Positions 1-8,021 of a stretch of 24,863 bases of DNA are shown here, in pieces. This DNA comes from a virus (taxonomy: Duplodnaviria; Caudoviricetes): IMG/VR virus record IMGVR_UViG_3300049165_000025, positions 1 through 24,863 of that record; one strand, given 5' to 3'. Numbering within the stretch: position 1 is the first letter of the stretch; each line of letters starts with the position of its first letter. The translations under genes were made by a program, and so were the position numbers. The notes beneath the pieces are model-generated. The model had not been told where the DNA came from, ran no database searches, and worked only from the letters and a program-made list of their open reading frames with translations.

Positions 1-17
1 GGGGATCCTCCCCTGGG

Positions 18-290
18 TCATGAGAGGGTGCCTGAGCGTCTAACGATGGGTGCGACGAGTCTGGCTCGCTTGGTGCTGTTGCATGACCTGTGAGCGGCCT
101 TCTTGTTGTCTAGGGTGTCTGTTCCGCCCTTAGCCAGTGGCTTGACGTGGTCCACGACGTAGGACATGGGGTCGAGGTGGGGGAGTGTGTAGTCGATGGG
201 GTTACCGCAGATGTGGCAGGCTGGCTTATCTCTTGCGATGCGTGCGCGGTGCTTGTCCCTTGTTGCACTGTTGCGCTTGATGGTACTCAT
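18..290 (-). CDS. HNH endonuclease (terminase-associated type)
   Basis: 90 aa from ATG 290: CHICG...VDHVKPLAKGGTDTLDN...AHRSCN; TGATG overlap with upstream gene; last gene before probable genome end. Confidence 0.9.
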   Translation of the reverse strand: MSTIKRNSATRDKHRARIARDKPACHICGNPIDYTLPHLDPMSYVVDHVKPLAKGGTDTLDNKKAAHRSCNSTKRARLVAPIVRRSGTLS

Positions 291-451
291 CACACGGTGA
301 CTGTTTCGTAGGTGATGTGGAAGGGGCCTACGTACTTGTCCTCGAAGGCGTTGCTGCAGTGTCCGCATAGGTAGAGCAGGCTGAGGTTGGGGAAGAGTAC
401 CCGTGCTTTGGCTTGCGCTGATGGGTGCCGGTCGCATGTCTGCCCATCCAT
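290..451 (-). CDS. small Cys/His-containing hypothetical protein (53 aa)
   Basis: AGGAGG 6 nt before ATG 451; MDGQTCDRH...LYLCGHC; stop overlaps HNH start. Confidence 0.7.
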   Translation of the reverse strand: MDGQTCDRHPSAQAKARVLFPNLSLLYLCGHCSNAFEDKYVGPFHITYETVTV

Positions 452-476
452 CGCATGCCTCCTGCTGCCGATCAAG

Positions 477-539
477 TGGTACTGGCGTGGGTCGAACACG
501 CGCCCACCGTTCCAAGGGTGGGATCCAATCAGCAGTACC
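477..539 (-). ncRNA. tRNA-like element lacking a D-stem
   Basis: Acceptor GGTACTG/CAGTACC + A; T-arm GCGTG-TTCGACC-CACGC; anticodon-like arm CCCACC-CTTGGAAC-GGTGGG; 10-nt unpaired CTGATTGGAT in place of the D-arm. Confidence 0.6.
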
Positions 540-748
540 TCCGTGCCCGCCACTGAGAGAGTAGGCAGCACGGCTATGGAGTTATCCCGCCATCACATTC
601 GATCTAGCGGGTTGTGAGCAGGTTCCCGAGTCCGTGCCTGCTGTCACGGTGCCCGGTTGGTGTGTGCTTCCTCGCTCGCACACATTCCCCGTCTCGCTAA
701 CCACGCCATGCCGCATGGGGGATCAGCATGGCGTGAACTTTTGGGTGC

Positions 749-776
749 AAAAAAGGCCAGTCACTTGGACCGGCCT
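749..776 (-). terminator. intrinsic terminator after putative late promoter
   Basis: AGGCCGGTC-CAAGT-GACTGGCCT followed by T-tract on minus strand. Confidence 0.75.
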
Positions 777-810
777 GGATTTGGTGAGACTTATGACCTC
801 GCCAAGTCAC

Positions 811-839
811 AGTTTAACGCATTTAGCTCACTTGTGCGA
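811..839 (-). promoter_or_regulatory. putative late promoter
   Basis: -10 TAAACT (816-811) with only a weak -35 (TCGCAC) at 17 nt; overlaps end of gene 823..1428. Confidence 0.45.
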
Positions 840-1428
840 CCTCTCGTTTCGGCGTGTCTGAAGCAGCCCTAAGCCACTTGAGGTTGTCGCCGTTCCATTC
901 AGCGCCGCAGCCCTCACATTCGGCAGTCCATGTTGCGGGCGGGGATACCGTATCGGTGTCGTTGTCCCAGTAGTGGACGGCCAGGCATGGTTCGCGTTCG
1001 GCCCCGTGGAAGCGTTGTCCGCATGCTGGGCATGGGATTGATGGTCTCCATGGCGGGCGTTTGGCTGCGAGCAGTTCACGGATGCTGTCGATCCATTCGA
1101 GCGTGACGCCCTCAAGGTATGGTTGCCATTCACTTGAGGCAGCCACGGACCATGCACGCAGCAGTTCAATGAAGTTGCCGCGGTATTCGTTGCCGGTCAT
1201 CTCGAAGTGTTCGCTGAGTACCTGCGCTTTTATCTCGTTCTCTAGTTTGACGGCCTTGGAGTTGACGACGAGCCCGCCACCTCCTGTGCCGCCACCTTGT
1301 GCGCCAAGGCTGGATCCGCTAGCCGCCCGAAGCTCGGCCAGCAGTGGTGCAGTTTTCTTGTACTCGCCCTTCTCGGTCATGGTCATGTGCTCGGATGTCA
1401 AAATGTGGACATGGTCGGCCAGACTCAT
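823..1428 (-). CDS. Zn-finger protein, putative late transcription regulator
   Basis: 201 aa from ATG 1428 (ATGA overlap with rusA); CPACG and CEGCG pairs; lies between rusA and a promoter/terminator, the lambda Q position. Confidence 0.6.
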   Translation of the reverse strand: MSLADHVHILTSEHMTMTEKGEYKKTAPLLAELRAASGSSLGAQGGGTGGGGLVVNSKAVKLENEIKAQVLSEHFEMTGNEYRGNFIELLRAWSVAASSEWQPYLEGVTLEWIDSIRELLAAKRPPWRPSIPCPACGQRFHGAEREPCLAVHYWDNDTDTVSPPATWTAECEGCGAEWNGDNLKWLRAASDTPKREVAQVS

Positions 1429-1820
1429 ATGGCTTCCCCCTTCGTGATCGTGACCATGACGCCTGGTATGCCGTGGTACGTCTTGGTTGCGGTGATGGAT
1501 ACGATGCGGGCGTCGTCGGTGATGACTCCGCGCTGCGTCTTGGTGGTGGATAGCGAGTCGAGAGCGGCACGGATCAGCTTGTCGATGTCGGGCTTGACTG
1601 CGGGAAGTGTCCAGCGTGGTCGTTTCGGCGGGGCGATCTGGAACACGAGGCTGACCGTGAGTGGCCCGTCGAGTGGTTCGCCGTGGTGTCGCGCCATGGT
1701 TGCGGTGCGGATACTGTTCCGCCACGCCCGCAGTTTCGGTGTGACGCCGACGATGTGCCCGCCGTAGACGTTCACTGAGCCTTGGGGGATGGGTGTGCCG
1801 GGGATGAATGCGTGGATCAT
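1425..1820 (-). CDS. rusA: RusA-like Holliday junction resolvase
   Basis: PGTPIPQGS, KPDIDKLIRAALDSL, GVITDDARIV motifs; ATG 1820 overlaps upstream stop. Confidence 0.9.
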   Translation of the reverse strand: MIHAFIPGTPIPQGSVNVYGGHIVGVTPKLRAWRNSIRTATMARHHGEPLDGPLTVSLVFQIAPPKRPRWTLPAVKPDIDKLIRAALDSLSTTKTQRGVITDDARIVSITATKTYHGIPGVMVTITKGEAI

Positions 1821-2077
1821 TGGCGCTCCGTTATGACTTCGAGGTCTGCTGTTCGGAAATTGGCGTACTCCATGCCGAGAAATACCCATACGTTCCCGGC
1901 GAGTTCGTTGGATGCGATGGTTCCTGTTCGTCCGGCGTATCTGCCGTAGCGTTCAGTGTCGGCCAGGACGCGCACACGTGCCCCTCTCGCAGCCTCTCCC
2001 GTCCCTAGTGGCACACGGACCCCACCAGCCCCGTTCGTCGCGCCTGTGCCGTGTCCTGCGGGTTGTGAGCGGGTCAT
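1817..2077 (-). CDS. hypothetical protein
   Basis: 86 aa ORF with ATGA overlaps on both sides. Confidence 0.65.
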   Translation of the reverse strand: MTRSQPAGHGTGATNGAGGVRVPLGTGEAARGARVRVLADTERYGRYAGRTGTIASNELAGNVWVFLGMEYANFRTADLEVITERQ

Positions 2078-2496
2078 GAGGCTTTCCTGTCCTTGGCCCG
2101 GCGCTGCCTCTGCAGTTCCAAACGGCGAGCATGACGCTCAGGGGTTATGGGGTTATTGGCGCGCCATGCTTCATTCCGCCGGTACACGCACGTCTTGCAC
2201 TTGCGCTTACCTGCGTCATAGATCAGATTTTCGCCCGCATACTCATGCCCTTGTGGACAGTGGGTGATCACCGCCTTGTCGTAAACGCGGTGGCATCGGT
2301 GGCACATCGGGACATACTTGGTGAAGTCGGCTGAATACTTTTGCCCCAGAGGACTGGTCATCTCGCTGGGGCAAGGGTCATCGTAGGTATACGCCCACTC
2401 GTCAGCCCTTTCCCCGCAACCGCACATGTAGTTGCTGGCTTTACCTTTTGCGCGCCAGATTCGCTCATGTACGCCGATGTAGGTGATTTCATTCAT
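2074..2496 (-). CDS. HNH-like / Zn-binding endonuclease-like protein
   Basis: CGCG...W...PMCHRCHRVYD followed by THCPQGHEY...N...CKTC module typical of actinophage HNH proteins. Confidence 0.6.
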   Translation of the reverse strand: MNEITYIGVHERIWRAKGKASNYMCGCGERADEWAYTYDDPCPSEMTSPLGQKYSADFTKYVPMCHRCHRVYDKAVITHCPQGHEYAGENLIYDAGKRKCKTCVYRRNEAWRANNPITPERHARRLELQRQRRAKDRKAS

Positions 2497-2500
2497 GCCG

Positions 2501-3601
2501 TCACCGTCCTTTCTTGATTCCAATGAGTGCAGCGAGGATCGCCTCAGCGAGTAACGGCGGGACAGCGTTCCCGATTTGCAGGAAGGTCTTGCCTGTGAAT
2601 TTGAAGCCGTTCGGGTATGACTGGAGCGTCGCCGCTTCCTCTGCGGTTAGCCGGCGGGTGCCGTCCCACTTCATGCGGTCGGCCTTACTGGTCAGGGTCG
2701 CCGCGGGCTGGTTGATTGTCCGCTCGCCCCGTTTGGATGCATCGCCGCCCGTGCCGTAGTTGGATCGCAGGACGAAGCCGCCAGGCTCCATGCCGCCCGC
2801 GGATGCCCTGATAGCAAATGCCGGTGCTTCTGCTGGTCTGCCCGGCCTGGTGCCGTAGCGTTCGACCATGCCGCGCCCCATAACCTTTTCGGCGGTGAAG
2901 CCTTGGAAGCCAAGCGCAGCACCCATGGGCACCCATGAAGAAACCCCGGCATCAAGCTTTTCCGGGGTTCTTGGGTAGTACTTGGAGTGCGTGGGTATCG
3001 GTAGATGAACCGGGCCGCCTAATCGGGCGACTAGGATTGCTCGCTTGCGTGTCTGCGGTACGCCGTACTGTTCGGAGTTGAGCACTTCGACTTTCACGTC
3101 ATAGCCCCACTCGCGCATGACATGCGCGCACGCTTGCCAGACGGGCAGGACGGTAGGCACCTGCTCCCAGACAACGAGCTTTGGACGGTCCCGCCAGACG
3201 TAGGCAAGCGGCGTTAGTACCAGCGCCGTCCGCATGTCGTGCTGTTCGCCAAAGCGGATCAGCGCTTCTGCGTCCTTGTACGCGTGGGCCTCGATGGCTT
3301 CCAGGACTTCATCAAGCGCGGCACGACCTGAGCCGCTACCGGCGATGCTGAATGTCTGGCAGGGTGGTGATGCGATCTTGAGCCCATACCGGCCATATCG
3401 CGCCCCGTGCTGTTCTTTTGTGAGCCGCAGACCTTCCCATGCATCGCGATAGATGGTCTCCATACCGTTGGCCTCGCGGGTCGCCACGGCTTCGGGCATG
3501 ATCTCGACGCCCTTTTCCTTGACGACACCTAAGCTCTTGCAGGCAACTCCCCAGCCAGTGCCGGCGAATAGGTCAAGCGCTACTATGCGGGCGGTACTCA
3601 T
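2501..3601 (-). CDS. DNA (cytosine-5) methyltransferase
   Basis: DLFAG (I), SPPCQTFS (IV), EQV (VI variant), PQTRKR (VIII), RRLT..EAA.LQSYP (IX), QIGNAVPP (X); GAAGGAG RBS. Confidence 0.92.
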   Translation of the reverse strand: MSTARIVALDLFAGTGWGVACKSLGVVKEKGVEIMPEAVATREANGMETIYRDAWEGLRLTKEQHGARYGRYGLKIASPPCQTFSIAGSGSGRAALDEVLEAIEAHAYKDAEALIRFGEQHDMRTALVLTPLAYVWRDRPKLVVWEQVPTVLPVWQACAHVMREWGYDVKVEVLNSEQYGVPQTRKRAILVARLGGPVHLPIPTHSKYYPRTPEKLDAGVSSWVPMGAALGFQGFTAEKVMGRGMVERYGTRPGRPAEAPAFAIRASAGGMEPGGFVLRSNYGTGGDASKRGERTINQPAATLTSKADRMKWDGTRRLTAEEAATLQSYPNGFKFTGKTFLQIGNAVPPLLAEAILAALIGIKKGR

Positions 3602-3753
3602 CTCTCTCCTTCAACAGCAGAAGCCGCCCAGTCATGAGCGGCTCCAATTTCCTCGGCTCGTTCGTTGAGCCAGTTGACGGCGTGTTCTGCGCCGCCGTAT
3701 GCGGTTTCGAGCGGGTAGGCGGCGGACGCTTCCCGGATGGCTTGGGCGGTCAT
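3598..3753 (-). CDS. hypothetical protein (51 aa, not in ORF track)
   Basis: MTAQAIREASAAYPLETAYGG...; ATGA overlaps with dnaB stop and methyltransferase start. Confidence 0.6.
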   Translation of the reverse strand: MTAQAIREASAAYPLETAYGGAEHAVNWLNERAEEIGAAHDWAASAVEGER

Positions 3754-5030
3754 GCGGCATATCCTTCTGGTCGGTTCCGGTCCCGGATGTATGAGTTGTG
3801 GCCGATGAAGTCCATGTGCGCCGTCCCCGTGATCCCGTGGCGGTTCTTCGCCACGATCAGATCCGCCTCATGTGGGGACTCCATCAAATCCCTGTGCATC
3901 AGGATTACGACGTCGGCGTCCTGCTCAATGGCACCGCTCGAGCGCAGGTCTGAGAGTTGCGGGACTCTTCCTTCCCTGCTTTCCGACCCGCGGTTCAACT
4001 GCGACAACACAATCACCGGAACACCAAGCGCCTTAGCCAGGAGTTTGAGCTTCCTCGAGTGCTCCGTGACCACCTCATATTCGGACTTCCGCTTGTCCGT
4101 ATGCTCGAGCAACCCTAGGTAATCCACCACGACAGCAGCCAAGCCGTGCTTGCGTTTCACAGCCCATGCGTGCCGTGCCACCTGCCCCATGGTCGCGTCT
4201 GCGGACTTGTCAATGAACAAGGGCAGTGTGCCCCACCGTCCACGGGCGTTAGCCACGCGTTCCCAGTCGGCGTTCGTAAGCCTCCGTGACGTAATCCGGT
4301 GCATGTCCACCCGCGCCTCTTGCGAGACCATGCGCAACTCGAGCTCCGTGTGGTCCATCTCGAGCGACGTGAACGCCACCGGGCCACGGTTCGCCAAGGA
4401 TAGAGCAGCCTGGAAGCCCGCCACGGTCTTACCTACGGACGGACGGGCCGCGATGATGTACAAAGCACCCGGACGCCAGCCTTGGATGAAGTGGTTCACG
4501 TTCACCCATGGGGTTTCCGTGTATGTCACGGGCTCGTCCAGGGAGTCCAGTGTTGCGTCGATCGTCTCGGATACCGGGCGGATACTGGCGCTGTTGCTCG
4601 AGGTGATGGTTTCCATGGCCGCCCGTGCTTCGTCGGTCAGCGTGTCAATGTCGCCACCCTCTTCGGCACGTTGCCGGAGTTGGCCGGCGACCTGTACCAG
4701 ACGACGACGCGCACCGTGCCCTGCGACAATCCCGGCGTAGTAGGCGCCCACGGATGGTGTCGGGCACGCTGCTGCGAGATCGTGCAGGTAGCTGGGCCCG
4801 CCAGCACGATCAAGCTTGCCATCTGTCAGTAGTGCGGCGACGACGGTCACGGCATCGACCGGCTCGCCCCTGCCGTTCAGGTCAAGGATCGTGTCGAAGA
4901 TCGTCTCATGCGCTGGGCGGTAAAAGTCCTGGCCCTGCACTGACTCCGCTATCTCCTGGATAACCGAACGGGACAGGAGCATCGCACCCAGCACTGACCG
5001 TTCGGCGTCGATGTCCTGCGACGGGTTCAC
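3750..5030 (-). CDS. dnaB: DnaB-like replicative helicase
   Basis: AERSVLGAML, AARPSVGKT Walker A, SLEM, VVVDYL, LSQLNR, DLRSSGAIEQDADVV, KNRHG. Confidence 0.96.
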   Translation of the reverse strand: MNPSQDIDAERSVLGAMLLSRSVIQEIAESVQGQDFYRPAHETIFDTILDLNGRGEPVDAVTVVAALLTDGKLDRAGGPSYLHDLAAACPTPSVGAYYAGIVAGHGARRRLVQVAGQLRQRAEEGGDIDTLTDEARAAMETITSSNSASIRPVSETIDATLDSLDEPVTYTETPWVNVNHFIQGWRPGALYIIAARPSVGKTVAGFQAALSLANRGPVAFTSLEMDHTELELRMVSQEARVDMHRITSRRLTNADWERVANARGRWGTLPLFIDKSADATMGQVARHAWAVKRKHGLAAVVVDYLGLLEHTDKRKSEYEVVTEHSRKLKLLAKALGVPVIVLSQLNRGSESREGRVPQLSDLRSSGAIEQDADVVILMHRDLMESPHEADLIVAKNRHGITGTAHMDFIGHNSYIRDRNRPEGYAA

Positions 5031-5449
5031 TGGCTGATCGCCTGACGGTTCAGGAACGCCTCGAGTGGCTGGCTCCCGTTCTGGTATGCCTCGTAAGCGT
5101 TGGGGGTAATGGCGCCGGTGCGGACGGCTCTACTTAGTTCCAGCATTTGAGCGGACCATGAGCCGCCCTCGAGCAGTCGTTCCTCGTCGGCACGGTTCAG
5201 GTGGTAGCCATCCTTGAACTCGTATGCGCGGGTCTGCTCCATGACGCGGCATCGTTCCACAATCTGCGCGGGCATGATCCACGCTGAGTTGGTGCGGAAG
5301 TAATCAGAGACGGCCTTGAGTGCATCGTGCACTGTGTGCGGCTCGAGGACTTCCTGCCACGCGATGATCGTTGCGTCGTCCACGTTGCGGTTATCGAAAG
5401 CCTGGATCTTCGTGAGGACCATTGAGGTTTCAGCGATATTCATTGTCAT
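5027..5449 (-). CDS. putative helicase loader
   Basis: 140 aa between initiator and dnaB; FDNR...AW..L...A.AV...WIMPAQI pattern seen in actinophage loaders. Confidence 0.6.
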   Translation of the reverse strand: MTMNIAETSMVLTKIQAFDNRNVDDATIIAWQEVLEPHTVHDALKAVSDYFRTNSAWIMPAQIVERCRVMEQTRAYEFKDGYHLNRADEERLLEGGSWSAQMLELSRAVRTGAITPNAYEAYQNGSQPLEAFLNRQAISQ

Positions 5450-6225
5450 GCGCCTATCTGAAGTTGGTCGTTACCGTTTAGTCGGTCTTGCAGTGCTTGT
5501 CCGCGGGCGAGAGTGTCCCGCATCTTGTCGCCGGTGGTGGGCTTGGCGTTGGGTGCGCGTTCGGCTGCGTTGAGCAGCCAGTTACGCCACGTCGCTACCC
5601 AGTCGAGCTTCACGCCCTTGGCCCCTGCGATCGCCTGCCAGTAGTTGACGAACTTGGCGGTTTCTCGAGGGCCATCAACGGTCGGTGCATGCTCTCTGGC
5701 CCAGGCGACCATTTCCGGGGTGGCTATGAAGTCAGCGGGGATTCTCGTGCCGCGCTTTGTGCGGCTAGAAGAAGCTTTAGCTTCTTCTGTCTTTGTATCT
5801 GTCTCTGTCTCTGTCTTAGCTAGGGAGTTGCTAGAGCATTCGTCTAGCAGGTGCTTAGCAGGTGCTTCCGAAGTGCTTGCAGGTTGCTTGGCTTTTGCTA
5901 GGCCACCCTTACGCCCAGCCTCACGTTTTAGCTCGATGTCTGCGTTTGTGGTCTGGTGTTCAGCGAAGTCGTGAATAGCCCAACCGCCCTCCATGCGCTT
6001 CCATGACGGGCGCTCAGGGTCATTCGAGGACAATTCAGCAGCCACTTCGGCGCCCCATTTCCTCATCACGATCCGTTCATCAAGGAATCCATCAGTTAGT
6101 TGCCGCCGCGCATAGAGGGTTGATTCGAACAGTGCGCGGAATGCGGCATCTGACAGCAGCATGATCTTCGCGTGCTCATCCATGCCGATGTCGAACCTGG
6201 CATAGAGTCGGCGGTCCTTGGTCAT
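5446..6225 (-). CDS. replication initiator protein
   Basis: N-terminal MDEHAKIMLLSDAAFR..., low-complexity linker (TETETDT), C-terminal GTRIPADF...KFVNYW...DWVATWRNW; contains 11-bp repeats; precedes loader and dnaB. Confidence 0.75.
   Translation of the reverse strand: MTKDRRLYARFDIGMDEHAKIMLLSDAAFRALFESTLYARRQLTDGFLDERIVMRKWGAEVAAELSSNDPERPSWKRMEGGWAIHDFAEHQTTNADIELKREAGRKGGLAKAKQPASTSEAPAKHLLDECSSNSLAKTETETDTKTEEAKASSSRTKRGTRIPADFIATPEMVAWAREHAPTVDGPRETAKFVNYWQAIAGAKGVKLDWVATWRNWLLNAAERAPNAKPTTGDKMRDTLARGQALQDRLNGNDQLQIGA
5845..5899. repeat. five 11-bp tandem repeats, probable origin iterons
   Basis: TAGCAGGTGCT x2, TCCGAAGTGCT, TGCAGGTTGCT, TGGCTTTTGCT in exact 11-bp phase. Confidence 0.65.
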
Positions 6226-6440
6226 TTCGCCGCCCGTTTGATGAGGGTCCGGACTGCGGCTTCTGTGACCCCGTAGGCGTCTGCTATTTCCTGGTTGGTG
6301 AGTCCGTGCTCCTTGGCTATGCGGGCGTAGTAGCCGCGGTGTAGCCGGTGCTTCTGGTACTCGGTGTTGGCGAGCTTCAGGAATGTCCTTGCGAGCTCTT
6401 GCCGGTCGCCTGTCTTGCTTGGGGTGCAGTCCGGTAACAT
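6222..6440 (-). CDS. small HTH DNA-binding protein
   Basis: GLTNQEIADAYGVTEAAVRTLI; AAGGAGG RBS; coupled to the initiator. Confidence 0.8.
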   Translation of the reverse strand: MLPDCTPSKTGDRQELARTFLKLANTEYQKHRLHRGYYARIAKEHGLTNQEIADAYGVTEAAVRTLIKRAAK

Positions 6441-6483
6441 GACTGTCAGCCCTCCTTGTCTGATTACTCCAGATGGACGGTTA

Positions 6484-6536
6484 GAAGCCCTGGCCTGTTG
6501 GTAGCAGTCCGGGGCTTCGTTGGTCCCTCTAGTTTA
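6484..6536 (-). promoter_or_regulatory. putative promoter and leader hairpin of the replication operon
   Basis: TAAACT at 6536-6531; hairpin GAAGCCCCGG...CTACCAA loop...CCAGGGCTTC (6518-6484). Confidence 0.5.
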
Positions 6537-6583
6537 TCGAATGCATGTTCGGTAACTTGGTTGATTTGCGGCGTGTTGCGCCT

Positions 6584-6907
6584 CTAGCTCTTCACCAAAT
6601 GGGGAACGTGGTTTATCATTTGCACCGCCCGCGCTTGGCGGTAGTTCCGCGTGTACTGAGCCCTCGCCGCTTTGCATGGAAAGCAGGGTGTTGATCTGTC
6701 CCTGATGTGCTTCTGGTAGCCGCTGTACGTGCCGCAGACAGGCTCGGCACGGCGGAAGTTGACGGGGATGGCACTGAGCGCCTGGACTTGCCTGGATAGG
6801 GCCTGGATGGTCAGCCTGAGTGATTCCCGCTCCCTCAGTAGGTCGAGGATTTGCGCCCGCATTACATGGTCTGCTGTGGGCTGCGAATTACCCCTGATGT
6901 ATGTCAC
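6584..6907 (-). CDS. hypothetical protein with coiled coil and CGT..GY..H...PC..C Zn motif
   Basis: CGTYSGYQKHIRDRSTPCFPCKAA; GTGA overlap with upstream gene. Confidence 0.7.
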   Translation of the reverse strand: MTYIRGNSQPTADHVMRAQILDLLRERESLRLTIQALSRQVQALSAIPVNFRRAEPVCGTYSGYQKHIRDRSTPCFPCKAARAQYTRNYRQARAVQMINHVPHLVKS

Positions 6908-7086
6908 TTCCGCCCCCTCCCTTGCGTCATGTTGCGTATGGCCTCATCGGCAGTGGGGTCGCGATAGTTCACGGTCCCGTTCGTGCGGCTGCTGGGTCGT
7001 CGTTCTTCCCAGTGGCAGGCGCATGTGCGGTTGAGCGCGCAGACCCCTGACAGTGGCGTCCAGCAGCAGCCTCGGGCGCAGGTCAT
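6904..7086 (-). CDS. small Cys-rich hypothetical protein
   Basis: 60 aa, CARGCC...C...CACH, C-terminal YRDPTADEAI; overlaps both neighbours by 4 nt. Confidence 0.7.
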   Translation of the reverse strand: MTCARGCCWTPLSGVCALNRTCACHWEERRPSSRTNGTVNYRDPTADEAIRNMTQGRGRK

Positions 7087-8021
7087 GCGGTTGCGCCGAA
7101 GTCGAGGGCGGCATTCCGGAGTCGAGTCTCGAGCGACAGCCTCAGGTAGTCCGCGCTCAGATCAACTCCCACGTACTTGCGTCCGTTATTCTGCGCTACA
7201 AGGCCAGTCGTCCCGGAGCCGCTAAATGGATCCAGCACGGTCCCTCCAGGCTTACATCCGGCAATGATGGCGCGACGGGCAAGCTCCTGCGGGAACACCG
7301 CAAAATGCGCACCGGGAAACGGTTGAGTATTGATACTCCACACATCACCGGGGTTCGCGCCCTGTTCGTGCATAGCTCGCGTCTTGGTGTTCGGTCGCTG
7401 TCCGGGTGCTGCGTAGGGAATTCTCGCACGGGTGGCCGCGCCGATGGTTGACTCCGCATGTTCCGTCCGAATTGGGTCTAGGTCGAACCAGTACCGCTGA
7501 CTTTTGGCGAACATGAACAGGTTTTCATGGCGCCCACTGAGGCGATCCGTGACGCTTTCCGGCATCGCATTGGGCTTGTGCCAGATGATTGAGTTGCGGA
7601 GTATCCAGCCATCATCTTGGAGAGCTAGGGCGACACGCCATGGCATGCCCAGTAGGTTCTTCCGCTGGGAGCCCTTGCCGGTAAACGCTGACGGGGTGTC
7701 TGCCTCGGCGTGCTTATTCTTGTTGTCCGGCGCGGACTTCCCACCACGGATGCCACTGTAGCTATCGCCGATGTTCAGCCAGAGAGTCCCGTCGTCAGCG
7801 AGCACGCGGCGGAGTTCGGAGAATAGAGCGCGCATGGTTTCGACGTAGGCCGCGGGGGATTCCTCGAGTCCGTACTGTCCCTCGTTGCCATAGTCCCGCA
7901 AGCCGTAGTAAGGCGGGCTGGTGACGATGCAGTCCACGGAGCCTGACTCGAGCGTGCGGGCAACATTGAGGGAATCGCCTTGATGCAGGGTAATGGTTTC
8001 GTCTTGGTAGTAGAGGCTCAC
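7083..8021 (-). CDS. N4-cytosine/N6-adenine DNA methyltransferase (beta class)
   Basis: GTG 8021 after GAAGGAGA; VTSPPYY, WLNIGD, IIWHKPN, HFAVFP, VLDPFSGSGTT. Confidence 0.93.
   Translation of the reverse strand: MSLYYQDETITLHQGDSLNVARTLESGSVDCIVTSPPYYGLRDYGNEGQYGLEESPAAYVETMRALFSELRRVLADDGTLWLNIGDSYSGIRGGKSAPDNKNKHAEADTPSAFTGKGSQRKNLLGMPWRVALALQDDGWILRNSIIWHKPNAMPESVTDRLSGRHENLFMFAKSQRYWFDLDPIRTEHAESTIGAATRARIPYAAPGQRPNTKTRAMHEQGANPGDVWSINTQPFPGAHFAVFPQELARRAIIAGCKPGGTVLDPFSGSGTTGLVAQNNGRKYVGVDLSADYLRLSLETRLRNAALDFGATA

Noticed and set aside
650-705. HDV-like ribozyme on the plus strand (TTCCTCG and GCTAA)
   Set aside because: Could not assemble P1, P1.1 and P3 pairings
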